Shown here: in pieces, positions 36,665 through 48,997 of the stretch
Layout of the letters: each line of letters opens with the position of its first letter
How positions within the stretch are numbered: the stretch's first letter is position 1
Source: Macrostomum lignano
Lineage: Eukaryota
DNA: 64,000 nucleotides
Direction: 5' to 3'
Assembly: GCA_002269645.1 (NCBI GenBank)
Contig: NIVC01001542.1
Coordinates: 44,815 to 108,814, forward strand
The notes under the pieces: model-generated
Databases searched by the model: none
The model's input: the letters and a program-made list of their open reading frames with translations, nothing else
Told to the model about the DNA's origin: nothing
Made by a program: the position numbers and the translations under genes

Positions 36665-37655
36665 GGGCGGTTGTTTAGGGTAGCTTAGGGCGGTTATTTA
36701 GGGTAGTTTAGGGCGGTTATTTAGGGTAGTTTAGGGCGGTTGTTTAGGGTAGTTTAAGGCGGTTATTTAGGGTAGTTTAGGGTGTTAGTGTAGTTTAGGG
36801 CGGTCATTTAGGGTTGTTTAGGGCGGTCATTTAGGGTTGTTTAGGGCGGTTATTTAGGCTTGTTTGGGGTGGTTATATAGGGTAGTTTAGGGCGGCTATT
36901 TAGGGTAGTTTAGCGTGGTTTTTTAATGGTAGTTTATGGCGCTTATTTATGGTTGTTTATTGCGCTTATTTAGGGTTGTTTATGGCGGTTATTTAGAGCT
37001 GTTTAGGGCGGTTATTTAGGGTAGTTTAGGGCGGTTATTTAGGGTAGCTTAGGGCGGTTATTTAGGGTAGCTTAGGGCGGTTATTTAGGGTAGCTTAGGG
37101 CGGTTATTTAGGGTAGCTTAGGGCGGTTATTTAGGGTAGTTTAGGGCGGTTATTTAGGGTAGCTTAGGGCGGTTTTTTAGGGTAGTTTAGGGCGGTTATT
37201 TAGGGTAGTTTAGGGCGGTTATTTAGGGTAGCTTAGGGCGGTTATTTAGGGTAGTTTAGGGCGGTTATTTAGGGTAGCTTAGGGCGGTTATTTAGGGTAG
37301 TTTAGGGCGGTTATTTAGGGTAGCTTAGGGCGGTTATTTAGGGTAGTTTAGGGCGGTTATTTAGGGTAGCTTAGGGCGGTTATTTAGGGTAGTTTAGGGC
37401 GGTTATTTAGGGTAGTTTAGGGCGGTTATTTAGGGTAGTTTAGGGCGGTTATTTAGGGTAGTTTAGGGCGGTTATTTAGGGTTGTTTATGGCGGTTATTT
37501 AGGGTAGTTTAGGGCGGTTATTTAGGGTAGTTTAGGGCGGTTTTTTAAGGTAGTTTAGGACGGTTATTTAGGGTAGTTTAGGACGGTTATTTAGGGTAGT
37601 TTAGGGCGGTTATTTAGGGTAGCTTAGGGCGGTTATTTAGGGTAGTTTAGGGCGG
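36665..37655. repeat. 23-bp telomere-like minisatellite (TTAGGGCGGTTATTTAGGGTAG(C/T))
   Basis: Two TTAGGG hexamers per unit. Confidence 0.93.
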
Positions 37656-38547
37656 GCTGTTATAAGCTTCTTATTTTACAATCAAATATCCAATTTCAAG
37701 CTACATTGTTAACAGATGAGTCAGTTCTCTCACATTCTGTATTGAGGCGTGTCAGCCTATTTTTTTACTTTCTACTACTCGTAATTCCTTATTGATCTGT
37801 GCATAAGGAGCACCTGTTTTGCAATCAAAGCAATGTGTTGTTATAACTTGTACCGCTGTGATCTCATCGCCTCATACTACTTAGTTGTAAGTAGCAGATT
37901 TTGCTGGTTTGCTTTGGAGAATTTTTTATCAAATTTCCGACAGTCTGTTAGTTTTGTCATTGCACTACTAACAGTAGGAGTAGACCCCAAGCTTTTGTTG
38001 TCTTTTAACACAGCGCTATTTTTTACGAGATTAAACATGCCTTGATTTTGTCTGCTTTTAATCTTGTTCCCACTGTTTCATAGCATTGCTAGATAGCGTA
38101 GGGTTCCCGCTTTGGCCTATGCTGACCCTACATTTGAAAATGTTATACTGTTATAAAAAACTTTGTCTCTACTGTCAGCAATAAAATTAGCGTTTTTTGT
38201 CTATTTCCTGTGTGCATGTCTGAATTGAAAGTGAAGCTTGATTGACTGATTTTGATTGTCAAATATTTTTATTTTTTGAAACTAATGTTTAATCTTAATT
38301 GACATTGTGTCTGCCGCTTGTGTTCACGTGGTTTTGTCCGCTTTCGCTTTTATTAATTCGACTGATTTTGCTTATAAAATTGAATATTGCATCTCTCATC
38401 ACGAGTTGTTTGTATTATTAATTAATTATATCTTTGCTGTCCCACTGAGGACATTGTGATCCTGATGATGTACATGTATGCTTTGTAATGATTCACTTCC
38501 TCTGCTAACCTCAGTTTTTGCTGAGTCAGCCTTCGATAGTAATCTCT

Positions 38548-39195
38548 GATTCTCATGTCTCATGTCTGATTCTCATGACTGATACTCATGTTTTATGTCT
38601 GATTCTCATGAATGATTCTCATCTGATTCTCATGTCTCATGTCTGATTCTCATGACTGATTCTCATCTGATTCTCATGTCTCATGTCTGATTCTCATGAC
38701 TGATTCTCATCTGATTCTCATGTCTCATGACTGATTCTCATCTGATTCTCATGTCTCATGTCTGATTCTCATGAATGATTCTCATGACTGATACTCTTGT
38801 TTTATGTCTGATTCTCATGAATGATTCTCATCTGATTCTCATGTCTCATGTCTGATTCTCATGACTGATAATCAGGTTTATGTCTGATTCTCATGAATGA
38901 TTCTCATCTGATTCTCATGTCTGATTCTCATGACTAATTCTCATGGTCTCATGTCTGATTCTCATGACTAATTCTCATGGTCTCATGTCTGATTCTCATG
39001 ACTAATTCTCATGGTCTCATGTCTGATTCTCATGACTAATTCTCATGGTCTCATGTCTGATTCTCATGACTAATTCTCATGGTCTCATGTCTGATTCTCA
39101 TGACTAATTCTCATGGTCTCATGTCTGATTCTCATGACTAATTCTCATGGTCTCATGTCTGATTCTCATGACTAATTCTCTTATCTGATTCTCAT
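38548..39195. repeat. CTCATG/CTGATT-based complex tandem repeat upstream of PES1
   Basis: Repeating TCTGATTCTCATGACTAATTCTCATGGTCTCATG blocks. Confidence 0.9.
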
Positions 39196-39361
39196 CATGC
39201 CTCTCTATCTGAATCTTCTGTGATCCCTTCTCCTAATTCTCCTGAGATATCCCGGCGTCTCCTGTTGCTGGGCACGGGATTAACATTTCTAAGAATCCAC
39301 TCGCCCACCCGCCACCGCAGAGACCAGCTCAGCAGCCAGTCTCCAAGCTGCTCCATCAAAA

Positions 39362-42290
39362 ATGACCAAAATGAAGAAGAAATTCACTCGCGGCGAGGCC
39401 ACCACCTTCATCTCGCGCAAGCAGGCGCTGAAGCGGCTGCAGCTCTCGCTGAACGACTTCCGCCGGCTGTGCATCCTGAAGGGCGTCTACCCGCAGGAGC
39501 CGGTCAACAGGCGCCGGGTGAACAAGGGCTCTTCAACGCCAAAGGTGTACTATCACCTGAAGGACATCCAGTTCCTCGGCCACGAGCGGGTCATGCAGAA
39601 GCTGCGCGACATCAAGGCTCACCTGAAGAAGGCCAAGCGGGCCAAGGAGCGCGGCGAGATGCACACGGTGGACCGGCTGCAGAGGAATTTCCCCGCCTAC
39701 ACCCTGGACCACATCATCCGGGAGCGCTACCCGGCATTCGAGGACGCGGTCAGGGATCTGGACGACTGTCTCTGCCTGTGCTTCCTGTTCTCCCGCCTGC
39801 CCAAAGAGCGCGGAGTCCCCGTGGAGCAGATCCGGCTGTCCGCCCGGCTGACTGTGCAGTTCCTGCACTGGGTCATCGCCGCCCGGGCCCTGCGCAAAGT
39901 GTTTGTGAGCATCAAGGGCTACTACTTCGAAGCGGACGTCAACGGCGTGTCCGTGGTGTGGTCGGTGCCGCACCAGCTGGGCCTGCACGACCCGGCCGAT
40001 GTGGACTTCAAAATTCTGCGCACTTTCAACGATTTTTACACCACCATGCTGGGGTTCGTCAACTACAGGCTGTACAGCAGTCTGGGACTGGCTTACCCGC
40101 CTGCGCTGGCTAACGAGGTGAGCTAGTCTTTGTTTCGTGCTTTCCTATTGTACAATTCACCATACTGATCCTAAAGGCCGTGTGATAATTCCAAAATCCA
40201 GTCTCATTATCCCAAAATCTCATCTCATAGTCCCAAAATCCCATCTCATGATCCCCAAATCCCATCTCATGATCCAGAAATCCCATCATAATCTCTAAAT
40301 CCCATCTCATGATCCCAAAATCCCATCTCATGATCCCAATTTTTATCTCACGATCCCAAAATCCCATCTCACAATCCCCAAATCCCATCTTACAATCCCA
40401 AAATCCCATCTCATAATCCCAATGCCTAACTCATGATTCAGAATCCTATCTCGTTCTCAAAATCTTAACTCGTGATCCCAAGATCTCATTCTCATCTCAC
40501 AATCCCAATCCAAAGTACATGCTGAACTAAGCCCCTCCGAACGCCGCTCCGCCCAGGTGGACCCCTCCGACTACTGCCAGACCGGCGAGGCCCACGAAGA
40601 GTTCATGGCGTCGCTCAACCAGCCGCTGTTGAGTCGCCGTGGCGGCGAAGCCGAGGGCAACCCGGCCGAGCCGGACGACTTCCCGGACGAGGAGGCCGAA
40701 GGCGCCGAGGCGGCCAGCGCCGCCAGGCGGAAGGCGCGCGCCCAGCAGCGGCTGTTCAACGGCTGCCGCTTTTTCTTGAACAGGGAGACCCCCAGGCAGA
40801 TTCTCTGCTTTGTGATTCGCTCCTGCGGCGGCGAGGTGAGCCACCAGCCCACCCACACCCCATCAGCCCATCCCACACCCCACCAGCCCATCCCACACCC
40901 CATCAGCCCATCCCACACCCACCAGCCCATCCCACACCCCATCAGCCCATCCCACACCCCACCAGCCCATCCCACACCCCATCAGCCCATCCCACACCCC
41001 ATCAGCCCATCCCACACCCCATCAGCCCATCCCACACCCCATCAGCCCATCCCACACCCCATCAGCCCATCCCACACCCCATCAGCCCATCCCACACCCC
41101 ACCAGCCCATCCCACACCCCATCAGCCCATCCCAAACCCCACCAGCCCATCCCACACCCCATCAGCCCATCCCACACCCCACCAGCCCATCCCACACCCC
41201 ATCAGCCCACCCACACCCCATCAGCCCATCAGCCCATCCCACACCCCACCAGCCCATCCCACACCCCATCAGCCCGTCCCACACCCCATCAGCCCATCCC
41301 ACACCCCACCAGCCCATCCCACACCCCACCAGCCCATCCCACACCCCATCAGCCCATCCCACACCCCATCAGCCCATCCCACACCCCATCAGCCACCCCA
41401 CACCCCACCAGCCCATCCCACACCCCACCAGCCCATCCCACACCCCACCAGCCCATCCCACACCCCATCAGCCACCCCACACCCCACCAACCCACCCACA
41501 CCCCATCAGCCACCCCACACCCACCAACCCACCCACACCCCATCAGCCACCCCATGACTCTCCCAATGCCACGCGCATTTTATTCCCATCCCAGTCGCCC
41601 CGGTTCTCCCTAACCCCCCCCCCCCCAACTGCCGCGCCGACCCTGCAGGTGTCCTGGTCGCCGCTGAGCGGGCCGGGCAGCCGCTACCCGGAGTCGGACC
41701 AGCGCGTCACCCACCAGATTGTCGACCGGCCGCTCGGCGACAGCCGGCTGTCCGGCCGGGCCTACGTGCAGCCGCAGTGGGTGTTCGACTGCGTGAACAG
41801 CGGCTCGCTGCTGCCCACCGGAGACTTCGCGCCCGGCCTGCCGCCGCCGCCTCACCTCAGCCCGTTCGCCGCCTACTCAGCTGACGATGCCGACGGAGGC
41901 GATGAAGCCGCCCAGCTGCCCTACTCGGCCACTCGGTCGGCGCCGCCAGACCCCGTGGAGCTCCGGCGACCGTCCGCTGCCGCTGAACTGGAGGAGGAGG
42001 ACGATTATGAAGCTGAGGATGCTGCGAAGCGGGAAACTGCCGCTGCCGATGCAGCTCAGGTCGGGAAGCAGCAGAAAAAGCAGAAAAAGCCGTCCGTGGT
42101 TGCCGAGGGAACTCAGCGTCGAACTCAGGACGCCAAGCAGGCGGCGGCCGAGGAGCGCCGGCTCCGGGAGATGATGCTGCCGAAGAAGCACAAGCAGCTG
42201 TACAAGAAGATGGTCTTCTCCCGGAAGCGGCAGGCTCGCGAGTCCGCCCAGCTGGCCGAGAAAAAGCAGAAACGGCAGCGAACTGCCTGA
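39362..42290 (+). CDS. PES1: Pescadillo homolog (558 aa, BRCT domain)
   Basis: Exons 39362-40117, 40557-40835, 41649-42290, all phase 0. Motifs [77 protein letters not shown] at 42297. Confidence 0.96.
40190..40510. repeat. ~21-bp repeat (CCCAAAATCCCATCTCATGAT), PES1 intron 1
   Basis: Degenerate tandem copies. Confidence 0.85.
40840..41555. repeat. 20-bp minisatellite (CA(T/C)CAGCCCATCCCACACCC), PES1 intron 2
   Basis: Starts right after the donor GTGAGC at 40836. Confidence 0.95.
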
Positions 42291-42539
42291 GACTGCAATA
42301 AAACTCGTTGCCGCATTTTCAGCATTTTCTAACGCGATGCGATATGGGTGACCTGCGACTTCAGCTTGAAGAATAAATACAAATCCTATCGATTGTGGCC
42401 AGGACCGGAGCTGCAGAGCTGGCGGTCGGTGCTCTGATAATTCTTGTGCTTCTGAGGCCTCGGCTTGCAGACTTTTCTTCTTTTTTGGGTGCACCGTTGT
42501 GGAAGAGCTCAGCTCTGACACTGCTGAACTGATGGTTTG

Positions 42540-43495
42540 GGGTGGCTGCAGTGTCAGAGCTGATGATTTTAGGGTGGCTGCAGTGTCAGAGCTGATGATT
42601 TTAGTGTGGCTGTGGTGTCAGAGCTGATGATTTTGGTGTGGGTGGCTGCAGTGTCAGAGCTGATGATTTTGGGGTAGGTGGCTGCAGTGTCGGAGCTGAC
42701 GATTTTGGTGTGGCTGTAGTGTCAGAACTGATGATTTTGGTGTGGCTGTAGTGTCAGAGCTGATGATTTTGGGGTGGGTGGCTGCAGTGTCGGAGCTGAC
42801 GATTTTGGTGTGGCTGTAGTGTCAGAACTGATGATTTTGGTGTGGCTGTAGTGTCAGAGCTGATGATTTTGGGGTGGCTGTAATGTCAGAGCTGATGATT
42901 TTGGTGTGGCTGTAGTGTCAGAACTGATGATTTTGGTGTGGCTGTAGTGTCAGAGCTGATGATTTTGGTGTGGCTGCAGTGTCAGAGCTGATGATTTTGG
43001 GGTGGCTGCAGTGTCAGAGCTGATGATTTTGGGGTGGCTGCAGTGTCAGAGCTGATGATTTTGGGGTGGGTGGCTGCAGTGTCAGAGCTGATGATTTTGG
43101 GGTGGGTGGCTGCAGTGTCAGAGCTGATGATTTTGGGGTGGCTGCAGTGTCAGAGCTGATGATTTTGGGGTGGCTGCAGTGTCAGAGCTGATGATTTTGG
43201 GGTGGGTGGCTGCAGTGTCAGAGCTGATGATTTTGGGGTGGGTGGCTGCAGTGTCAGAGCTGATGATTTTGGGGTGGCTGCAGTGTCAGAGCTGATGATT
43301 TTGGGGTGGCTGCAGTGTCAGAGCTGATGATTTTGGGGTGGGTGGCTGCAGTGTCAGCTGATGATTTTGGGGTGGGTGGCTGCAGTGTCAGAGCTGATGA
43401 TTTTGGGGTGGGTGGCTGCAGTGTCAGAGCTGATGATTTTGGGGTGGGTGGCTGCAGTGTCAGCTGATGATTTTGGGGTAGCTGCAGTGTACACT
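42540..43495. repeat. 31/35-bp minisatellite (GTGGCTGCAGTGTCAGAGCTGATGATTTTGG)
   Basis: Tandem array downstream of PES1. Confidence 0.95.
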
Positions 43496-44223
43496 GACGT
43501 CAGAGGTGATGATTTTGCGCACATTATTTCACATTCCACATCAATCTGAATTCCGAACGCAGCAGCTCCCTGTTCGCAGGGATTGCAGCAAAAATCAATC
43601 CTGTTTGCAGAGACTGGAGGAAAGCAGTGTTTTGTTTGCTTTTTTATCCCAGCTGTATCAGATACCGGAGTGGGGATTTCTGATTTCATGGGGCTGCAGT
43701 GCCTCATCGCTATTCATCAAAATCTGCCTGTAAAAGGGCGGCAGGATATGGGAGAATTATCCCATATTTGTAGAAATCTGCAGTTGACAAATCTGCTGTT
43801 ACTGATATTGGGACACTGTGGGAGGCAATTCAATTGCAAGGACTATCGGTAATTGATTGCATTCAGGTGTTTGGCCATGGCGTGAGCACGTGTGTCACCG
43901 GGGGATGCATTTCTATAGCTCAGTTTGGCTGGGGCGACACGTGATTTCCTGCTGTCTCCCGTCTGTATCGGCTGGTCTGGGGATGGTCAGCATGCCCGTG
44001 TCAGTTTTTGCGGGGCTTTTTAGCTTCGTTTTTGTAAGCCTTAATAGGCTTTTAGTTTAATTTGGGCTACTCGGGGTTTACAGTTTAAAGGGATTTAGAA
44101 ATTAATTAGGATTAAGCTTAGGGTCTGGACAGTCCACTATACTAAAAAAGTGAGTTGTCTCTCTAGGTAGATATGATACCTATAGATATACGAAGATCAA
44201 AAATCAACCATAAAACAATTTGT

Positions 44224-44690
44224 CATGTCAAACCTAAAAGAAGCGTCATGTCAAACCTAAAAGAAGCGTCATGTCAAACATAAAATAAGCGTCATGTCAG
44301 ACATAAAAGAGGCGTCATGTCAAACCTAAAAGAAGCGTCATGTCAAACATAAAAGAAGCGTCATGTCAGACATAAAAGAGGCGTCATGTCAAACCTAAAA
44401 AAAGCGTCATGTCAAACCTAAAAGAAGCGTCATGTCAAACCTAAAAGAAGCGTCATGTCAGATATAAAAGAGGCGTCATGTCAATCATAAAAGAGGCGTC
44501 ATGTCAAACCTAAAAGAGGCGTCATGTCAAACCTAAAAGAAGCGTCATGTCAAACCTAAAAGAAGCGTCATGTCAGACAAACTAAGCGTCATGTCAAACC
44601 TAAAAGAAGCGTCATGTCAGACATAAACTAAGCGTCATGTCAAACCTAAAAGAAGCGTCATGTCACACAAAAGAATTATCGTCATGTCAA
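44224..44690. repeat. 23-bp minisatellite (GTCATGTCAAACCTAAAAGAAGC)
   Basis: Tandem array. Confidence 0.93.
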
Positions 44691-45540
44691 ATCCATATAC
44701 TAAAAATGTAAGACTAAGACTCGTGGGGGAGCTCACGGGGGATTTCAGAAATGCTAGGTGGCTCAAGGCTCATGCGGAATCGCTGAGAAGGGTCAATGGG
44801 AGTTGTTGGTAGAACGGTAGGTCAAGCCTTAAAGGAAGGCTTTGATGCCAAAGCTCGCAGAGGTGCTGATATCTTAGGCTAGACAGCTGCAGGCTTTCGT
44901 GCAGGATTTTTATTCATAAGCATCATCTTACTGAAGAAACTAACAATCGCGACAGTACAGGGTCAAAACCTAGCATGCAGTTTATGTAAAAAAATTTATT
45001 GATTTCAATCGTTGCCTCCCAACGGGGGGCGCAGATTGCTAGTTTAGAAACCAGGTTTCTGAGCGCACACGCAAGGGTCCGTAAATTTTCGGGTTCCAAC
45101 CAGAGTGTACAATTTACATGTTGCCGGCTTCGAGAAGCTGCAAAGTGATGAAGTTTCACTGGCTGAATTCCCAGCAGCCAATCGGCAAACGGCCCCATCG
45201 CGCTCAGCAGCCATAAGTGGGGATGCCGCGGGCGCACGGCCCGTGCTGGCACCGTCCATCAGACAGCAGCCGTTCACTCCCACGCCAAGGCAAACACAGG
45301 ACCCGCTCGGCACCAGGCAATTACAGGTGAGCTGAGCTGCTAATGGGGGCCTGAGACACTCGACACACTGCAGATTAGACGAGGGATTTTTCTTAATTCT
45401 AAGCAAATTAATCCCAAACAAACACACAGCCCCCCCCGCAGTTGACTGCCGCTCCCACCGCTCCGCAAATTAATTTCAGAAAACGGAATTCCCACCAGAA
45501 TTTGTCCAGCTCGGAGACCAAAGCCACACATTTTGAGATT

Positions 45541-46411
45541 ATGTCGGCACCACTGCGCTCAGCAATGCTGCTCCTCGCTGCCACCCTCTGCCTGCTCTCG
45601 GGCACCTGGACCGGCGTGTCCGCTCACGAGACTGCCGTCCAGCGAATCTGCGGCCGGAACCCGTTCTCCCAGATGAAGCAGATGGCCGAGCAAATTCTCG
45701 GCCGCTATCTTGATGCGTGTAGGTGAAACAATTTCTGAAGTATACCGTAAAACGGCCCTATTAGAGCAGAAACTCTATATGTGGAAATCTTACTTTGTAC
45801 GTGTCGTTTAATTATTTTTTTTATCCTGTCTACCACAAAACGGCCCTTTAAGGGCACAAAGTTGAAAAATGAAAACGATTAGGCGTAGTTGTTCCTCGAG
45901 TTCTCTGACTTTAGTGCCATAAAACGGCCCTTTCAAGGGCACAAACTTAATCGATTAGGTGTAGTTTTTCCCATAGTTATCTCTGACTTAAGCGCCATAA
46001 AACGGCCCTTTCAAGAGCACAAAGTTTGAAATAAAATCGATTAGGTTAGTTTTTCCCAGAGTTCTCTGACTCAAGTGCCATTAAACGCACAAACATAAAA
46101 AATAATATATATTAGGTGTAGTTTTCCTGACTCAAGTGCCATTAAACGGCTCTTTTAAGGGCAAAAACCTAAAAGCAAATTGGTTAGGTGCAGTTTTTCC
46201 CCCAGAGTTCCCTGACTAAAGTGCCATAAAACGGCCCTTTTAAGGGCACCAAATCCGAAGTCAGTAATCGCATCGCATAGCATTTATTTCAGACGAGTTC
46301 AACGCGATATTCAACCGCGCCCTGAACGACAAGTTTCGCGGGCGGCGCCTGAGACAGCTGGTCACCCAGTATCAGGACTGCCGGCTGGCGGTGGAGAACG
46401 GGCACTTCTGA
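45541..46411 (+). CDS. Unknown small secreted protein (98 aa)
   Basis: Exons 45541-45718 (T|GTAGGT) and 46293-46411 (TTTCAG|AC), phase 1. Signal peptide MSAPLRSAMLLLAATLCLLSGTWTGVSA; GC-rich coding bias. Confidence 0.72.
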
Positions 46412-47194
46412 GCTGGCCCTAAAGATTCTTATTAAAGGCTTTGATATAATCTCTGGAAGCCCAGACTGACGATCCTGACAGCAAATCCGGCAGCGGATAA
46501 TAAAATTAATTTGCCGTTCACTGTGAACCGCTTCACTGTGAAAACCTTTTTGAGAGTCACAGTTTCAGACTACAATTCTAATAAAAACCGACCAAGACCG
46601 ATCGCCACTGTTAATTTTATTTTCGCATCACCGAGTTCGAAGACGGACAATCGATAAAATTTGTTTAAAATCGATCGATAGCGAGCCTTGAGCAGATTTC
46701 AGAGCTTTGAGGAATTAACGCTGCGCTTCCCCAGTAGGAAAGGGGATTTCTTTGCAAAGGCGATTGCCCTCTGTGTCCTGCCTGCCCGCTTGGACAGGGA
46801 GCCCGGGCCGGAAATGAATCCCGGGGAGCCTTCCAGCCTCAGTTGCCCTTCATCATGGCCAAGGGATCATCTTCATAAAATTCTGGAGTGAGGCTGCTCC
46901 GTGACGCCACTGCTTTCTCCTTTGTTGGCGACTCTCTCAGAAGCGCTCCCTGCTCAGGCTCTGGACGACCTGCCGTTTGACTCGAGAGCGGGGCCGCTCT
47001 GACAGCTGAGCACTCCAGTGACTGAACTAAAGGCTCAGAGTCATAAAATTATTGGCTAAGTCTGACCGCAAAAGAATATCCCACAGCTCTTGACTGCCTC
47101 CAATAACCGCTTTTATTTATATCCCCTTGAGCACTCGCGGGCACTTGATGGACTACAGATATCCCACCTGGGGATTTGGCTTCTTATTCCCCAT

Positions 47195-47785
47195 AATCCC
47201 ACCTGAGCATTCATCATCCTACACATTCCCCATAATCCCACCTGAGCAATCAGCATCCTACACATTCCCCATAATCCCACCTGAGCATTCAGCATCCTAC
47301 ACATTCCCCATAATCCCACCTGAACATTCAGCATCCTACACATTCCCCATAATCCCACCTGAGCAATCAGAATCCTACACATTCCCCATAATCCCACCTG
47401 AGCAATCAGCATCCTACACATTCCCCATAATCCCATCTGAACATTCAGCATCCTACACATTCCCCATAATCCCACCTGAGCAATCAGAATCCTACACATT
47501 CCCCATAATCCCACCTGAGCAATCAGCATCCTACACATTCCCCATAATCCCATCTGAACATTCAGCATCCTACACATTCCCCATAATCCCACCTGAGCAA
47601 TCAGAATCCTACACATTCCCCATAATCCCACCTGAGCAATCAGCATCCTACACATTCCCCATAATCCCACCTGAGCATTCACCATCCTACACATTCCCCA
47701 TAATCCCACCTGAGCATTCACCATACTACACATTCCCCATAATCCCACCTGAGCATTCACCATCATATACATTCCTATCCCATAA
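47195..47785. repeat. 39-bp minisatellite (CATTCCCCATAATCCCACCTGAGCAATCAGCATCCTACA)
   Basis: Tandem array; source of 13-aa repeat ORFs on both strands. Confidence 0.95.
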
Positions 47786-48244
47786 CTTCTCTTATTGTGA
47801 CTGTAACAATATCAGGCAGAAACGAATTAACAAACAGAATCAAAGCAATACAAATCTCATCACGTGATCTCACGCTGGCAGAAGTATGCTCATGCTCATG
47901 GCTCATGGCTCATACAAAGAGAGCAGCCAGCAGTCAGACTCAAACCGCTACTCATTTCCGCTACAATGCAACACGGCTTGCTCCTCTGCACACGTCATCA
48001 AGTTTCCCATACAGAAAGGACGCGAGTCCCGGCTCAACCGCGGTCAGCTGGTCAGCCAAACTGGCTGCATTTCTGGCCACACGCGATGCCGCACTCAGCA
48101 AGCAGGGCAGTTCAGGATGCAAGATGCTTCTTAGACTCAACACTGTGTTTTCAACTAACTATTTACTGTCTTTGTATCCGAAAAAACTATTCCACCTCCC
48201 TTTCAGGCCATTCTCCCCTTTCATATGCATTTCCTCCCAGCATA

Positions 48245-48780
48245 TCCGATCCCTGCATTCCCGATCCCTGCATTCCCGATCCCTGCATTCCCGATCCCTG
48301 CATTCCCTCTCCCTACATTCCCGATCCCTGCATTCCCTCTCCCTACACTCCCGATCCCTGCATTCCCGATCCCTGCATTCCCTCTCCCTACAGTCCCGAT
48401 CCCTGCATTCCCTCTCCCTACATTCCCGATCCCTGCATTCCCTCTCCCTACACTCCCGATCCCTGCATTCCCAATCCCTGCATTCCCTCTCCCTACATTC
48501 CCGATCCCTGCATTCCCGATCCCTGCATTCCCTCTCCCTACATTTCCAATCCCTGCATTCCCTCTCCCTACATTCCCGATCCCTGCATTCCCTCTCCCTA
48601 CATTCCCGATCCCTGCATTTCCTCTGCCTACATTTCGATCCCTACATTCCCGATCCCTGCATTCCCTCTCCCTACATTCCCGATCCCTGCATTTCCTCTG
48701 CCTACATTTCGATCCCTACATTTCCAATCCCTGCATTCTCTCTCCCTACATTTCCGATTGCTGCATTCTCTCTCTACATT
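48245..48780. repeat. 15-bp two-variant minisatellite (CCCGATCCCTGCATT / CCCTCTCCCTACATT)
   Basis: Alternating variants form a higher-order pattern. Confidence 0.93.
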
Positions 48781-48997
48781 CCGTCCCTGAATTTACAATC
48801 CCTGCAATGCCTTCCTGCATTTTCCCTTTTCCATCGCCATCATAAATAAACAGACAAGACAGCAGTCAGCAGCAGTTACTAGTACAAAATGAACTTATAT
48901 TTTGCTAACAAGCGCATGAAATTGCTGGCAACAATATTTTTATCAAGCAAGCGGATTACAAGCTGAATTATTGATTTGAATCTTTGTATTCGGGTCC

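Noticed and set aside
42300-43860. Minus-strand exons converging on PES1 (41877..42521, 43354..43707)
   Set aside because: Candidate splice phases give early stops and no recognisable protein; treated as non-coding.
47127-48849. Long repeat-rich ORFs (FPIIPPEH, PDPCI, HSRSL, PIPAF)
   Set aside because: All derive from the 39-bp and 15-bp arrays, which are open in several frames on both strands.
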